Source of the DNA: Macrostomum lignano
Lineage: Eukaryota
Assembly (NCBI GenBank): GCA_002269645.1
Contig: NIVC01000702.1
Span: 62,001-126,000, forward strand
Direction of reading: 5' to 3'
Length of the DNA stretch: 64,000 nucleotides
In this document: positions 15,216 through 33,517 of the stretch, in pieces
Layout of the letters: every line of letters starts with the position of its first letter
Position numbering within the stretch: position 1 is the first letter of the stretch
Made by a program: the position numbers and the translations under genes
The notes under the pieces: model-generated
Seen by the model: the letters and a program-made list of their open reading frames with translations, nothing else
What the model was told of the DNA's origin: nothing
Database searches by the model: none

Positions 15216-18200
15216 TCATTTAGGCGGCTCAGCCATGGCCACCGAGGCCACGGCCGCTCCAGCCGGCTCGTCCACCGCCTGCGAGCGGATGTGAAATGCC
15301 GGACAGACAAACTGGCCACAGCTGCACCGCTCGCCAGCCCAGTTGAACGAGCCAATCTTGGCCGAGCATTTCGGACACGCCAGCTTGCCGGACACTGCGG
15401 CGCCAGCGTCCTCCCGCATCCATTCCACCGGCTCAACGAACAGCTCTCGGCCACAGTCGACATCGGCTGCTTCGGCCGGTGCCTCAGCCATCCAGTAGTC
15501 GTCACCGTCGGCTTCAGCATCGTCGAAAGCCGCCGCCAAGCAACGAAGCCGCTGCTCCGATGGGCTGCCCTTCGGCTGGTACGTGGCATGAGTCATCAGG
15601 CCGGAGCTGCGGAACAGCGGGCGGCGGCAACGCCGGCAGCGGTACACGGCAGCCTCGCCGTCAGCGGCATTGACGGGCGGGTCGGCGGCACAGGGGATCT
15701 TGTCGGTTTCAATCTGGCCGCGCCGCTGATCTTGGGCGAACCGGTACAGCTGGAACTGCCGGAACTTCGGGTGGCTGGGGTCCACGCGGTTGCCCATGGA
15801 CTCGAATAGGGATAATTGGGACATGAAGCCGGGGTTGGGGCTGCAAAGTGAGGTTGGTTTTTTGTTTGAGTCGATGTTGAATGAAGTCCAATTAATAAAT
15901 GAGCGCTTTATCGAAATTTCAAAACTAACGATATAAAAAATGATCCCGTACTTAATGTGTGGATTCTACCCCTTTCTCAGTGTGTGTGGATTCTATCCCT
16001 TTCTCAGTGTGTGTGGATTCTATCCCCTTCTCAGTGTGTGTGTGGATTCTATCCCTTTCTCAGTGTGTGTGGATTCTATCCTTTTCTCAGTGTATGTGGA
16101 TTCTATCTCTTTCTCAGTGTGTGTGGATTCTATCCCTTTCTCAGTGTGTGTGTGTGTGGATTCTATCCCTTTCTCAGTGTATGTGTGGATTCTATCCCTT
16201 TCTCAGTGTATGTGGATTCTATCCCTTTCTCAGTGTATGTGGATTCTATCCCTTTCTCAGTGTGTGTGGATTCTATCCCTTTCTCAGTGTGTGTGGATTC
16301 TATCCCTTTCTCAGTGTGTGTGGATTCTATCCCTTTCTCAGTGTGTGTGGATTCTATCCCTTTCTCAGTGTGTGTGGATTCTATCCCTTTCTCAGTGTGT
16401 GTGGATTCTATCCCTTTCTCAGTGTGTGTGGATTCTATCCCTTTCTCAGTGTATGTGGATTCTATCCCCTTCTCAGTGTGTGTGGATTCTATCCCTTTCT
16501 CAGTGTGTGTGGATTCTATCCCTTTCTCAGTGTATGTGGATTCTATTCCTTTCTCAGTGTGTGTGGATTCTATCCCTTTCTCAGTGTATGTGGATTCTAT
16601 CCCTTTCTCAGTGTGTGTGGATTCTATCCCTTTCTCAGTGTGTGTGGATTCTATCCCTTTCTCAGTGTGTGTGGATTCTATCCCTTTCTCAGTGTGTGTG
16701 GATTCTATCCCTTTCTCAGTGTGTGTGGATTTTATCCCCTTCTCAGTGTGTGTGGATTCTATCCCCTTCTCAGTGTGTGTGTGGATTCTATCCCCTTCTC
16801 AGTGTGTGTGTGTGGATTCTATCCCTTTCTCAGTGTATGTGGATTCTATCCCCTTCTCACTGTGTGTGTGGATTCTATCCCTTTCTCAGTGTGTGTGGAT
16901 TCTATCCCTTTCTCAGTGTGTGTGGATTCTATCCCTTTCTCAGTGTGTGTGGATTCTATCCCTTTCTCAGTGTGTGTGGATTCTATCCCCTTCTCAGTGT
17001 GTGTGGATTCTATCCCTTTCTCAGTGTGTGTGGATTCTATCCCTTTCTCAGTGTGTGTGGATTCTATCCCTTTCTCAGTGTATGTGGATTCTATCCCCTT
17101 CTCAGTGTGTGTGTGGATTCTATCCCTTTCTCAGTGTATGTGGATTCTATCCCTTTCTCAGTTTGTGTGGATTCTATCCCTTTCTCAGTGTGTGTGGATT
17201 CTATCCCTTTATCAGTGTGTGTGGATTCTATCCCTTTCTCAGTGTGTGTGGATTCTATCCCCTTCTGAGTGTGTGTGGATTCTATCCCTTTCTCAGTGTG
17301 TGTGGATTCTATCCCTTTCTCAGTGTGTGTGGATTCTATCCCTTCTCAGTGTGTGTGGATTCTATCCCTTTCTCAGTGTGTGTGGATTCTATCCCTTTCT
17401 CAGTGTGTGTGGATTCTATCCCTTTCTCAGTGTATGTGGATTCTATCCCCTTCTCAGTGTGTGTGGATTCTATCCCTTTCTAAGTGTGTGTGGATTCTAT
17501 CCCTTTCTCAGTGTGTGTGGATTCTATCCCTTCTCAGTGTGTGTGGATTCTATCCCCTTCTCAGTGTGTGTGTGGATTCTATCCCCTTCTCAGTGTGTGT
17601 GTGGATTCTATCCCTTTCTCAGTGTATGTGGATTCTATCCCCTTCTCAGTGTGTGTGTGGATTCTATCCCTTTCTCAGTGTATGTGGATTCTATCCCTTT
17701 CTCAGTGTGTGTGGATTCTATCCCTTTCTCAGTGTGTGTGGATTCTATCCCTTTCTCAGTGTGTGTGGATTCTATCCCTTTCTCAGTGTGTGTGGATTCT
17801 ATCCCCTTCTCAGTGTGTGGATTCTATCCCCTTCTCCGTGTGTGTGGATTCTATCCCTTTCTCAGTGTATGTGGATTCTATCCCCTTCTCACTGTGTGTG
17901 TGGATTCTATCCCTTTCTCAGTGTGTGTGGATTCTATCCCCTTCTCCGTGTGTGTGGATTCTATCCCCTTCTCAGTGTGTGTGGATTCTATCCCCTTCTC
18001 AGTGTGTGTGGATTCTATCCCCTTCTCAGTGTGTGTGGATTCTATTCCTTTCTCAGTGTATGTGGATTCTATCCCCTTCTCCGTGTGTGTGGATTCTATC
18101 CCTTTCTCAGTGTGTGTGGATTCTATCCCCTTCTCAGTGTGTGTGGATTCTATCCCCTTCTCAGTGTGTGTGGATTCTATCCTCTTCTCAGTGTGTTAAT

Positions 18201-19541
18201 AAATGGATTTTATCTAATTGTGTGTGTGTGGATAAAGGGATTTATCCCATTGTCAGTGTGTGGATAAAGGGATTTTATCTAATTGTGTGTGTGTGGATAA
18301 AGGGATTTATCCCATTGTCAGTGTGTGGATAAAGGGATTTTATCCCATTGTCAGTGTGTGGATAAAGGGATTTTATCCCACTGTCAGTCTGTGGATAAAG
18401 GGATTTTATCCCATTGTCAGTGTGTTGATAAAGGGATTTTATCCCATTGTCATTGTGTGGATAAAGGGATTTTATCCCATTGTCAGTGTGTGGATAAAGG
18501 GATTTTATCCCATTGTCAGTGTGTGGATAAAGGGATTTTATCCCACTGTCAGTCTGTGGATAAAGGGATTTTATCCAATTGTCAGTGTGTGGATAAAAGG
18601 ATTTTATCCCATTGTCAGTGTGTGGATAAAGGGATTTTATCCCACTGTCAGTCTGTGGATAAAGGGATTTTATCCAATTGTCAGTGTGTGGATAAAGGGA
18701 TTTTATCCCATTGTCAGTGTGTTGGATAAAGGGATTTTATTTTGTACTTTATGTACGGAAATAGGAGATCTTATCCTGTACGAGTATAACTTTGGCCGTC
18801 AACTTTTCCGTTAACTTTTTCGTCAACTTTTCCATTAACTTTTCCGTCAACTTTTTATTTATCTGAATTTATGCAAAAAGCCACTACTTAACTTGAAAGT
18901 AGAATGCAATATCCAAGTAAAACACACGATGTCATGACAGCAAAAAATACACTCACGATATTATGGGCCTGGCGTTGCTAACTTTCCGGCAAGCCATCTG
19001 TAGCGATAGTCCATCGGTGTGCATCAAGTAGGCAATCACTACGCTTGCACTGCGAGACACACCCACCTGACTGCAGGTTGATGAGGAATGACAATATATT
19101 AGCTATATACATAGCGACCCTTGGGTCAATCAGAAAGTCAATCAAGGGGCCGCTGTATACCCTGTATGATCCTAAGTCTTCAATTCATTCGATGGATAAC
19201 TAAAGGGTTGATTAATCCTGACAATTTTCAGAAGCTAACACAGTTTAAATACAAACTCACCAGTGAACTAACACGCCCACTCCAGTCTCCAAACCCTCTC
19301 GGATAAAGGTGAAACAGTCATTAAAATGGCTTAACAAATCTTCATCAGCATCATCAAGAACTTTAACATAGTGCTGCTGAAACTCTTCTAGAGGAAACTG
19401 TTCTGATCTGTGCTTGTCATATTGCAACGGATTGTAGTCGCAAACTGTGACAATTCTTTTAACACCTTTGGCTTTGAGTTCGGTGTCATTCAGGGCTGCA
19501 TAGACTCCACCAAGCCATAGGCCTGTGATTACTTCATTCAT
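15216..19541 (-). CDS. DUSP12: Dual-specificity phosphatase 12 (YVH1 orthologue), 3 exons, ~339 aa
   Basis: Exons 19541-19261, 19070-18957 and 15840-15216, both introns phase 2, 1020 nt. The spliced active site is HCQVGVSRS. C-terminal zinc domain YRCRRCRRPLF...GKLACPKCSAKIGSFNWAGERCSCG. The start could be a slightly upstream ATG. Confidence 0.92.
15957..18740 (+). repeat. Two-part minisatellite in DUSP12 intron 2: 25-mer GTGTGTGGATTCTATCCCTTTCTCA, then 33-mer GTGTGTGGATAAAGGGATTTTATCCCATTGTCA
   Basis: The 25-mer runs to ~18195 and the 33-mer from ~18205 to 18740. Confidence 0.95.
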
Positions 19542-19867
19542 TTTTTTAAACATTGTTTGCTTTGAGATCATGCATTCAATTGTTTCAATGTGTTAGTGAC
19601 AATGAGCATTGTTATACATGCAAGTCTCAAGCTGAACCACAAAAAATTGTTTTTAAAGCAATATACATACATGTAATAAGATGTTATGTTTTGCTGGTTG
19701 TTTGCAGATTGTTAGACTGCTCCAATGGAGCTGTGAGATACAGAATTTCCTATTAGGGCTGCAAATTGGCCAGAAAGATGATGTTAACCAAGTAGTTAGC
19801 AAACAGCCAATAAAATAAAATAAACATGAGAGTACTGCCCCATAAACTGGCTTTCAAAGCAAGGGTT

Positions 19868-20230
19868 TTTTTAGAGGCAGGGGGGTTGTGTGCACCCTGG
19901 CGCACTTTAAGCAACATAGGCACACAACCGGCGAGAGGCATTGCTGCCCATTCCGCCGACTCCCCTGAGTAGGCATACAAGCGTGCAGATACGTACGAAG
20001 GCACACACTCACACAGGAGTGTACAGCGGCCCTAACTTTATATTATCATTAGGCATGTACACTTCACTGCGCTCTCAAGGCCAGGGGTTGGCTCTCAAGG
20101 CCATTAATTGCACAAGCAGAGCCAAGCCGAGATTCCAATTCAGCCCCAAATTAATGTGATTGCACTTGGAATCGAGCCTGGGTTGCTGGCACACCAGAGC
20201 AGCTGCGCTACCGCTGGGCTACGCCCCCCC
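19868..20230 (-). mobile_element. tRNA-derived SINE, family 2 (copy 1), with TSD
   Basis: Reverse-complement match to 27491-27858. A-box TAGCCCAGCGG and B-box GGCTCGATTCC. Flanked by CAAAGCA(A/C)GGGTT at 19855-19867 and 20231-20243. Confidence 0.85.
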
Positions 20231-20358
20231 CAAAGCACGGGTTGGTATACTTTTAACTCAAGGTCCAGGTAAAGAATCCAGCTCATGGCTGTAAGTCAAA
20301 TAAGAGTGGAAAGGTCAAAGGAGAAGAAATAGACTTGTAATTAGAAAAGAGAGTAGAG

Positions 20359-20870
20359 CAGTGGCAGCGCAAGGGGGGGGCAGGGGGGCAGCTGCCCTGG
20401 GTGACCACAGGTCACTGCCTCAAGGGGGTGACCACTCCACCATTCCCACGGCCCTTGAAAAGACCCTATAAAAATTTTCCTTTTGCATCATGATTTTTTG
20501 AAAATAAAGTAAATAAATTTTTCCTAAATATTAAAATTTTTGTTATTTCTTTTTTATTTTGGGGTTTTATTTTTATCAACATTTTAAAGGGTGTATTTCA
20601 GGAAGTATATTTAAGAAGGGAGGGCAGATGGCCACCATTGCTATGCAACTTGCATCAATGATTAAAAATGCACTTTTATAAGAATTTTTATGTTGTACTT
20701 TTGTTTTGTAAGAAGTGTGTCATAATTTGTTTGTAATTTTTTACTTTCTTAGAAAATTTGTGTTCTAATTCAAATGTTTTTATTTGTTTAGTTATGATTG
20801 ATAGGGGAAGGGGGTGACCACCTAACTACTGCCCCCTCCCCCCCCTAGCCAGAGATACTGCGCCACCAAT
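20359..20870. mobile_element. Possible non-autonomous DNA transposon (hAT/Mutator-like)
   Basis: Starts CAGTGGCAGCGCA and ends CTGCGCCACC with G/C-tract subtermini. AGAGTAGAG lies on both sides. TIRs are imperfect. Confidence 0.45.
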
Positions 20871-21405
20871 AGAGTAGAGGCAAGAGATAATGAGGAGAGA
20901 GAAAGAAAAGAGGGGAGAAAGGAGAGGAGATACAAGGGGATAGAAGAGGGGAATGAGGAGAGGGGAAAGAAGAGAGGAAAGAAGGAAAGAATATCATACA
21001 TGTGTTAGTTGCTATTAGCTGAGAATAGTCAGGTGACTATTCTGCCAAAAGTGACTTACATGTGTGTGTTACCAATAGAAATGGCCAGGTGAATCCCTAG
21101 GTTGTGTCTAAGCATAGGAAAGGAGAGAAGAGAGAAGAGATAGTGGAAAGTAAAGAAAAGAGAACAAAGATAAAAAAGCAGAGAGAAAAGAGAGAAATAA
21201 CAGCAAAGAAAAGAATAAGGAGAAGAGAAAAAAAGTGGAAAGAGATTAGAAAAGAGAAAAGAGGTGAATAAATACTAAAAACATACATATCTAGCAAATC
21301 TGGCTAGCTAGCAAAGGGTCTAGCTAAAATAAATTGCAATAATGCCTAGGCCTATCCAAAAATATATAGATGTAGTACTAATTAATAGTAGGCTTACTAA
21401 TAATA

Positions 21406-21660
21406 ATCTCTACCTATAAAAATGAAAACTCTGTCTGTGTATGAATCTGTCTGTCTATGTACAATTTTGATTGCTATGGACTCCCAAACCACTCAACCAA
21501 ATGACACCAATTTTTACACCCACCCTAAACTCACTATGGAGAATGTCTTAGGCTACCTTTAAATTTCTTAAATCCAAGTCTTCCTACCGAAAAGTGCAAA
21601 AAACTGCTCAAAATGCACCATTTTTCACTTAATCCTCCATAGCGCCGCTTCACTTCTACT
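21406..21660 (+). mobile_element. Possible Helitron/Helentron-like fragment
   Basis: TCTCTACCTATAAAAATGAAA followed by a CTGTCTGT tract resembles such 5' ends. This is pattern similarity only. Confidence 0.3.
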
Positions 21661-22564
21661 GATTCTTTTCAAATTTGACACAGACAATCTTCAATTATTT
21701 TGACACAATTGTGTAAAATTTCGAGTTTCAAAGTTAATCTTGAATGGCACTGTGCACTTTTAAATTTAGGCTGTTCTTTGTCAGTGAGACAGTCACCCCA
21801 ACCTTCGCCCACCTGCCTCTCTTTCCTGATCTGGACCCAGATATGTAAAAGGGGTTTCAAAATTAACTAATTTTTTGGCTGCCATAAGTTTGTTCCACAT
21901 GAAGCGATTGACTTCAAACTTGATACAATTATTCATTGACTCATTCTCTGTCTAAATGTAAAGTTTTAACTCTGTAACTCAACTGGAACAGAAACTGTAA
22001 GCATGCTGTGGTTTGAATTAAGAGAGGCTTACGTTTAGCCATGACAGTTAAGCAAGAGATTCAAATCACTGTCCTCTGTATAGAAAAGCCTACAGCAGTT
22101 TAACAATGGATGGCAAACTAAGGCAATGCGGGATGGTTTGTAAAAATAATAGTGAAGACTAAATGAATAACTGATTGCAATGCAATCCTACTAGATTAGT
22201 TATACCATGAAAATTTTAACATTAAGTTTTACATAAAGGTACCTCAAAATTTAAATGGCCTCCTTAAGAAATGCAAACTGTATTTCCTTGGTTGTTAGAC
22301 TGCTGCAAACTGTGGTGGAGCTGGAGATACACAAACTCCTCTTAGGGCTACTAATTGGCCAGAAAGATGACGTGATTAAAGCATGAGAAATGATAACAGC
22401 CATAAGAGTACTACATCTTACAAACTGGCTTTTGAAGCAGGGATTGGTAGACTTTAACCTCAAAGGCCAGATAAAGAATCCAGCTCATGGCTATGGGCTA
22501 GATCAGAGTGGAAAAGAAGGAATAGCATGCTTGGGCGCAACCTAGAAGATATATGAACTGTTAG

Positions 22565-23177
22565 AAGAGAGGAGAGGTGAGAGCAGGATAAGAGAAAAGA
22601 TAGAAGATAAAAGGAGAGATGAGGGGGTGAGGAAAGAGCAGATAATGGGAGAGGAAGAAGCGAGAGGAGAGAGAGAAAAGAGTAGGGGTGAGAAGAGGGA
22701 GAGAGAAGAGGGGAGAGATGAGACAGAGGATCAATGAGAGATAAGAGTAGATAAAAGTGAGAAGAGAATAGAGATGAGAGAGCAGAGAGGAGATAAATGA
22801 GGATTGATAGGAGATAAGAAAGGATAGAGAAGAGAGATAAGAGGGGGAGAGAGTGGGGAGAGAGAGGAGTGAGAAGAGAGGAGATGGAGATGAGAGAGAG
22901 TTGAGAAAGAAAAGAGGAGATAGAGATAAGAGAGAGAGTTGAGAAAGAAAAGAGAAGATAAAGATGAGGTAGAGAGAGAGAACATACAAGTATAAGAGAG
23001 TAAAGATGACAGATGAGAGAGGTGAGATGAGAGAACAGAAACGAGAGTGAACAGATGAGAGATGGGAGTGGAGAGAAAAGAGGAGAGATAAGAAATAAGA
23101 GATGAGAGGTGAGACAAAGGGAGAGAGAAGTTAGTGAGAAGAGAAGAGAGGAAAGAGGAGAATGGAGAAGAGAGAAA

Positions 23178-23269
<92 letters not shown>

Positions 23270-23840
23270 AAAGGGGGAAATGTTGAGAAAGAGGAGAGTG
23301 AGGAATGAGAAAGGGGGGGAGAGAAGAGAGTAGAGAGCAGAGAGAAATTAGAAGACATAATAGAGGAGAAAGGAGAGATGAGAGAGTAGATGAGAGAGAG
23401 GAGAGAGAGAAAAGAATAGAGAGGAGAAAGAAGAAATGAGAGAAGAGGGAAAGACAGAAGAGAGAAAAGAGTAGAGAGAAGAGGAGAGAAAAAGAAGAGA
23501 AGAGATAAGATAAGAGAGATAAAAGAGAAGAGAGATGAGGGAAGATACAAGAGAAAATGGGAAAGAAGAAAAAAAGAAAAGATGAGAGAAGAAAGAAAAG
23601 AAAGGAGAAACAAGGGATGAGAGAAGAGAGGAAACAGAAGAGAATACATATATACCCAATACCCATCTGACCCATTTGAACTGGACAGGTAAAATAGCCG
23701 CCAGCCAAGGTAAGTCACAAAATTAAAAATGCAAAAAAGGAAAAATTGTAAGAAAGAAAGGAGAAGAAAAAGAAAAAGAAAGGAGGGAGAAGAGAGAGGG
23801 AAAGAGGAGAGAGAAAGAAAAAGAAAAGAAAAGAGAAAAG
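22565..23840 (+). repeat. GA-rich low-complexity tract including (GA)n
   Basis: Purine-rich. Related tracts at 20880-21280 and 24370-24560. Confidence 0.85.
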
Positions 23841-25097
23841 GGCAAAAAAATTCATATACAAATGGAATATTAAGTTGCAATCAGGGTAACTAAGTCGCAA
23901 TCAAGAGGAACTAAGTCACATTGGACAGGTGAAATTTTGAGGTTGGGCATGTATGAGAGAAGATATAAGTTTCAAAGGATCCAAGGAATGTAGGGACAAT
24001 CAGAGCGCAGAGGCCAGAGTTTGCCAAAATTTATTTTTAGAGTCAGACAGACATTACCTGACATTCTGCGCAACACCCTAGCTAACAATATCAAATGTTT
24101 GGTTCAAATCTTAATTATACACAGATGTACTCCATTTTATGTTTACCTCTATCTTATTATAACTATTAACAAGTTTTTGTTTGCCTCAGATTTAAGAATA
24201 TGTGCAAAAACATTTCTGGGGATTGGAATTCCCCTAATTCAAAATCTACAGGTTTCAACAGCTTGTATAGTCATAAATATTACCTTTATTTACCCAAAAT
24301 TAAAATTACATTAATTTTTGCTTTGGTTTACTTTTTAGATAGGCCTAAGTAGCACTTTTGGTCAAAAACTCTAAGAAAAAAGAGATGAAAAGGGAAAGAG
24401 CAAAGAGAAAAAAGAAGAGAAAAGAGAAGAAAGAAAAGATATAAGAAAAGATAAGAGAGAAAATGGAAGTAAAAACTAAAGTCAAAGAAAAAAAGAAAAG
24501 AAAATGAGATAATAGGCCAATACTGATAGATAAATAGGCCTAAGATAAGAAAATAAAGGTGAGGAAATAAAGCAATAAAAAATAGAAAGTGTGTGCAAAT
24601 GATTTTAAAAGGAGTTAAAGAACCCAAAGGATATAAATAGGCCTAAGCAAATGCCAAAAGCTAAAGTTCTCTATCATGATTCATATCACCATGTTATAGA
24701 CAAATATTGCCTACTATTCTATATGGCAAGCTAGTTAGCTAGCCAAAGATTAATTCTTGCCAAACAAAAATCCTAAATTTTAAAAACATTATTATATTTT
24801 AAATAAGTTTATACCTGGTTAGCATACATCTTGAATCTTTATTATAATATAAGGTTAAATTTTAAAGCAATAGGCCCCTAGGAATCTTCTTAAGTTAGAA
24901 TCATGTTACTGTTTGATTTGATAGATTAGAAACTTATTTTCCATAGTTGTATTATACTTATTAAAAAAACAGAGCAATACTGTTAAATTATTATAATAGA
25001 ATAATATAGGGTGCCTGCCTACATTTTTTCTCATTTTGAAATTGCAAGTTATCTACACAAATAGGGCCTTGGGCCTATAATATAATAGAGGCTATAT

Positions 25098-25822
25098 TAC
25101 CTGCTATCTGGGGTGCCTGCTATCTGGGGTCGCTTGCTATCTGGGGGTGCTTGCTATCTGGGGTGCTTGCTATCTGGGGGTGCTTGCTATCTGGGGGTGC
25201 TTGCTATCTGGGGGTGCTTGCTATCTGGGGTGCTTGCTATCTGGGGGTGCTTGCTATCTGGGGTGCTTGCTATCTAGGGGATGCTTGCTATCTGGGGGGG
25301 GGGGTGCCTGCTATCTGGGGAGTGCTTGCTATCTGGGGGGGTGCCTGCTATCTGGGGAGTGCTTGCTATATGGGGGGTGCCTGCTATCTGGGGGGTGCTT
25401 GCTATCTGGGGGTGCCTGCTATCTGGGGGGATGCTTGCTATCTGGGGGATGCTTGCTATTTGGGGGATGCTTGCTATGTGGGGGATGCTTGCTATCTAGG
25501 GGATGCTTGCAATCTGGGGGTGCTTGCTATCTGGGGTGCTTGCTATCTGGGGGTGCTTGCTATCTGGGGTGCTTGCTATCTGGGGGATGCTTGCTATCTG
25601 GGGGGGGGTGCCTGCTATCTAGGGAGTGCTTGCTATCTGGGGGGGGGTGCCTGCTATCTGGGGAGTGCTTGCTATATGGGGGGTGCCTGCTATCTGGGGG
25701 GATGCTTGCTATCTGGGGGATGCTTGCTATTTGGGGGATGCTTGCTATGTGGGGGATGCTTGCTATCTAGGGGATGCTTGCAATCTGGGGGATGCTTGCT
25801 ATCTTGGGATGCTTGCTGTCTT
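25098..25822 (+). repeat. 17-18-bp minisatellite (GGGTGCTTGCTATCTGG)n
   Basis: Tandem units with variable G-runs. Confidence 0.95.
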
Positions 25823-27223
25823 GGGATGATTTTTTTTGCATTACACTTTATTTGAGCAGTTTGTCTGTCGTCTTTGTGAAGGCTTTATTTGGCTGTCTTT
25901 TTGTTACTTGTAGAGAACAGAGATTCTATCCAGATGTCCCCCAACGGGGGGCGAAGATTGCTAGTTAAAAACTAACAGGTTGTTTTGCCAAAAAATGCTT
26001 CACCGAAACCCACTTCGCTGAAACTAGGTCGTTATTAGCAAAAGGACTTTTGCTCTAGCTCTAGAGTCTAAGGCCGTTTTCCAGATTCTATTTTATACTA
26101 TCTTGCTAAGTTGTCTTTCACAAACAGGAGGCAAGTGGCAACACGCAAACAGGTGTCAAGAACTCAATAAATAGTAAACAAAATTTAAAGCAAAAAATAG
26201 AAGTAGATTAAGAAGGTAAATGTTAGACTGCTTTAGTGAATTTTAAAATTAAAAATGCAAAAACACTTGTTATACCTTTTGCAATGTTACATTTTCAAAT
26301 GAATGTTTTCATAAGAAAACAACTTGATCTAACCTGCTTGATTAATAACCAGGTTAGAAATCAGAATGTCTAAAAACGTAGTATTCGTCTATTAACTAAA
26401 TTCTATGCCATAAAAGAAGAAACTGTCACCATTCAATGTTTCGTGTATAGTTTTATCTACCCTTGTTAAACATTTCTCCTTATATTAAAAGCTATATTTC
26501 TATTAGTCATTTCGTCTTCCTCCGGCTCCCACCACTGTTATTAGACATTCAAATTCGTTTTTTAACTCTACGTTTACTAACCTTTGTATATATGATGTAT
26601 AATAGTTCCTAACGTACCAAAGATTTTACAACTAAATACACGATAGAATATTATTCTTCAGCATTTTAAATAGTTTCATATGTTAGTATGTATGTGATTT
26701 ATATAAAAGTATGTATACAGAGCCACAAAAATTACAAAGAAACTAAAATGTTTTTTAAAAGAATAAATTTGCAATGATAATCTCATTAAGCTTATTTAGG
26801 GTGCTAATAAAAATCAATTAAGACACTTCTTTGAGGTATAGTGTGCCTAAGTAACTGTTGCTTTATTGTTTAAAAAAGTATATACCAGTATATTATATAT
26901 AAATTTTATGAATATATAAAAATCTAAAATTTCTTGCTTAAAAAGGTGCTGAAGGTGTAAAAAATTTTACTATATCCACATTTTAGCAACTTAAATGCAA
27001 AGAACAATACTTTATATTTTATCATAATAGTTTGACAATCTAGATTTGAATACTTATTTTGTAGTATCTTGCACCATATTTGTGCACTTTAAGCTATTAA
27101 ATTGTAAGAAATATATTTTCTCGTGGTATTTAGTCTACAAATTCTTATTAACCCCCTACTAAGAGCAAGCAAATGTACAAAATGAAAACAATTTGTTATT
27201 TCTGGCCAAACCAACCATATTAG

Positions 27224-31599
<4,376 letters not shown>

Positions 31600-31614
<15 letters not shown>

Positions 31615-31760
31615 GTGACTTCAGAGGCTGAGTGACTTCAGCAAGGGCTGAGGGATTTCAGGTTCAGGAGTGACTTAAGATCGAGTGACTTCAGGGGCTG
31701 AGTAACTTCAGGGGCTGAGTAACCTCAGAGGCTGAGTGATTTCAGCAGGGGTGAGTGACT
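31600..31760 (+). repeat. Short degenerate ~17-20-bp repeat (TTCAGAGGCTGAGTGAC) overlapping the LRRC73 stop
   Basis: The first unit supplies the codons FRG and the stop. Confidence 0.7.
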
Positions 31761-32636
31761 TTAGTGGCACAATTTCAATTTATACCCTCTAATGCTTTTT
31801 AACGAAAGCTGTTCAAGTAGTTCATCACTTTTTATATTTTTCGTCCAAATTGTGCAATCAATGCTGAATTCATTCTTGCAATGTTAAATCTCTTCTAAGC
31901 TTTATGCTTTTATTGTTTTGCTTAGTTTAAACAGTTGTAGGCAACGCAATGTACCGAGATTTGAAGAATTTCTAATTTCTTTAAAATCATTCTAAAAACA
32001 GAACTTTATTTTATACATCGATTTATTATCTTTAAATTTTATAAATCTAGTTAAATTTTGCAGACCTAGTCGTTTTAATTCCAAACTCAAGCTTCGCATT
32101 TCTTTAAAAATAATATAGACTGCTGCACTTTAGTAAGCTTCTGTTATATTTTTGCACTTAAAATGAGTACAGTATGCAAATTATAGGTTGTTCTCAAGTT
32201 GTTAGAATATTAAAAAATAATCTGATTGGAGGTATAAATAATTTTTTCGTTTTTCTTACACAAACATAAAAATTTAGTAGAACTAACTTTATAAGATTTA
32301 ATAGTGGTTCATTAAATTTATAGTTTTAAATTAATTATTACTAAGAAACAAGTAAATTTATTTAATTTGACAAATTACTTTTTAAAAAGAAACAGTTAAT
32401 TTTTTATTTATTGTGGTACAAAATAAACTGCATGTATGTAAGTTTTGAATTAGAAAAATAGTCCGTCAGTCAGTTATTTACTTTTAAAAAGCAACTTATT
32501 AGAATGTTTAGCCATGCAATTAAAGGCAGAGATTTTAATTGGTTTTATTTAATTATCATTCAAGACCTATTCCCCACCAGTCAACCAGAGTGATGCCCAT
32601 CAATGTAACAAAGAATTCAGCAAAATCCAGCTAAGT

Positions 32637-33517
32637 TCACTTGTCTGCGGAGTACTGATCCTTATTCTTGAGCAAAAAAGCAGCCAAATATTCAATTGGA
32701 TTTGGTGGTCGCTCCTTGGATAGCACTGCCAGGCCCTGCAGCAGCACAGGGACCACTGTCTGGTCCAGGTAGGCTCGGGTTGGCAGGGCTTGAACTGCAA
32801 CTCTAGGCTTCTTGGCTGAAGCACTTGCAGCAGCATCAGCATGTTCAGCATCTGACATTCGAGCTAGGCCTTCAGGCACTGTGGGTGGCTGCTGCTGTTG
32901 CTCAGCTGCTGGCATGGGCTGATCTTGACTGGCATCGGCTGGGTCTCCAGTGACGGCTGGTGCGGGGGCAGCAGCAGGTTCCGCTGTTGAATCTGTGGCT
33001 AAAAAGTTAGTAATTTTTATTTTGTTACATCATTCATCAGCTTCAGAATAATATCCATATACTAAAAATGTTGTAAGCTAAAATTGAAAATAACAAAGCT
33101 ATAAAATATTTACAGCTTGAATATTGCTACCTTAAACTCCAGTACTTTTTCTTAAAAACATTAAATAAAATCTTGAAAAAATATGAAAAAAATAAGAAAA
33201 ACTTTTGAATTTTTTTCAGAAAATTTTTGGCCTACATTTAAGATCAACAAGTAAATTCAAGGCACTTGTTATTCGTCCACGCCACAGCAATACGAGCTTG
33301 GTGTTAGGACTATAAAAATCACAGATTGGTTTCATTCTTACATTCATTGCAAAATAAGGTTTCAAAAATGGCTCATTTCGAGAGCACAGTTCCAGCGACC
33401 AATCCAAGTGCCAGTACATTCACATAGAGTAGTATCAACGTTAAACAAACTCTTTCGGATAATAGTCTAAACGATAATATATCGCAAAGCGCAATACTCA
33501 CTTGATTTAGCGTCCAT
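32637..33517 (-). CDS. DPY30: Dpy-30 (COMPASS/MLL subunit), 2 exons, ~125 aa
   Basis: Exons 33517-33502 (ATGGACGCTAAATCAA|GTGAGT) and 32998-32637, phase 1. Dpy-30 motif [41 protein letters not shown]. Confidence 0.93.

Noticed and set aside
15940-18814. Very long ORFs (up to 746 aa) in the 25/33-mer array, and similar ORFs at 1350-2411, 25147-25855, 51517-52093, 54301-55295, 56021-57079 and 62476-63541
   Set aside because: They are stop-free translations of satellites in several frames at once, mostly intronic.
22254-22386. Short ORF with LGLLIGQKDDVI resembling ODR-4/MPN N-termini
   Set aside because: It stops early, the paralogous copy is not conserved in frame, and no splice sites support it.
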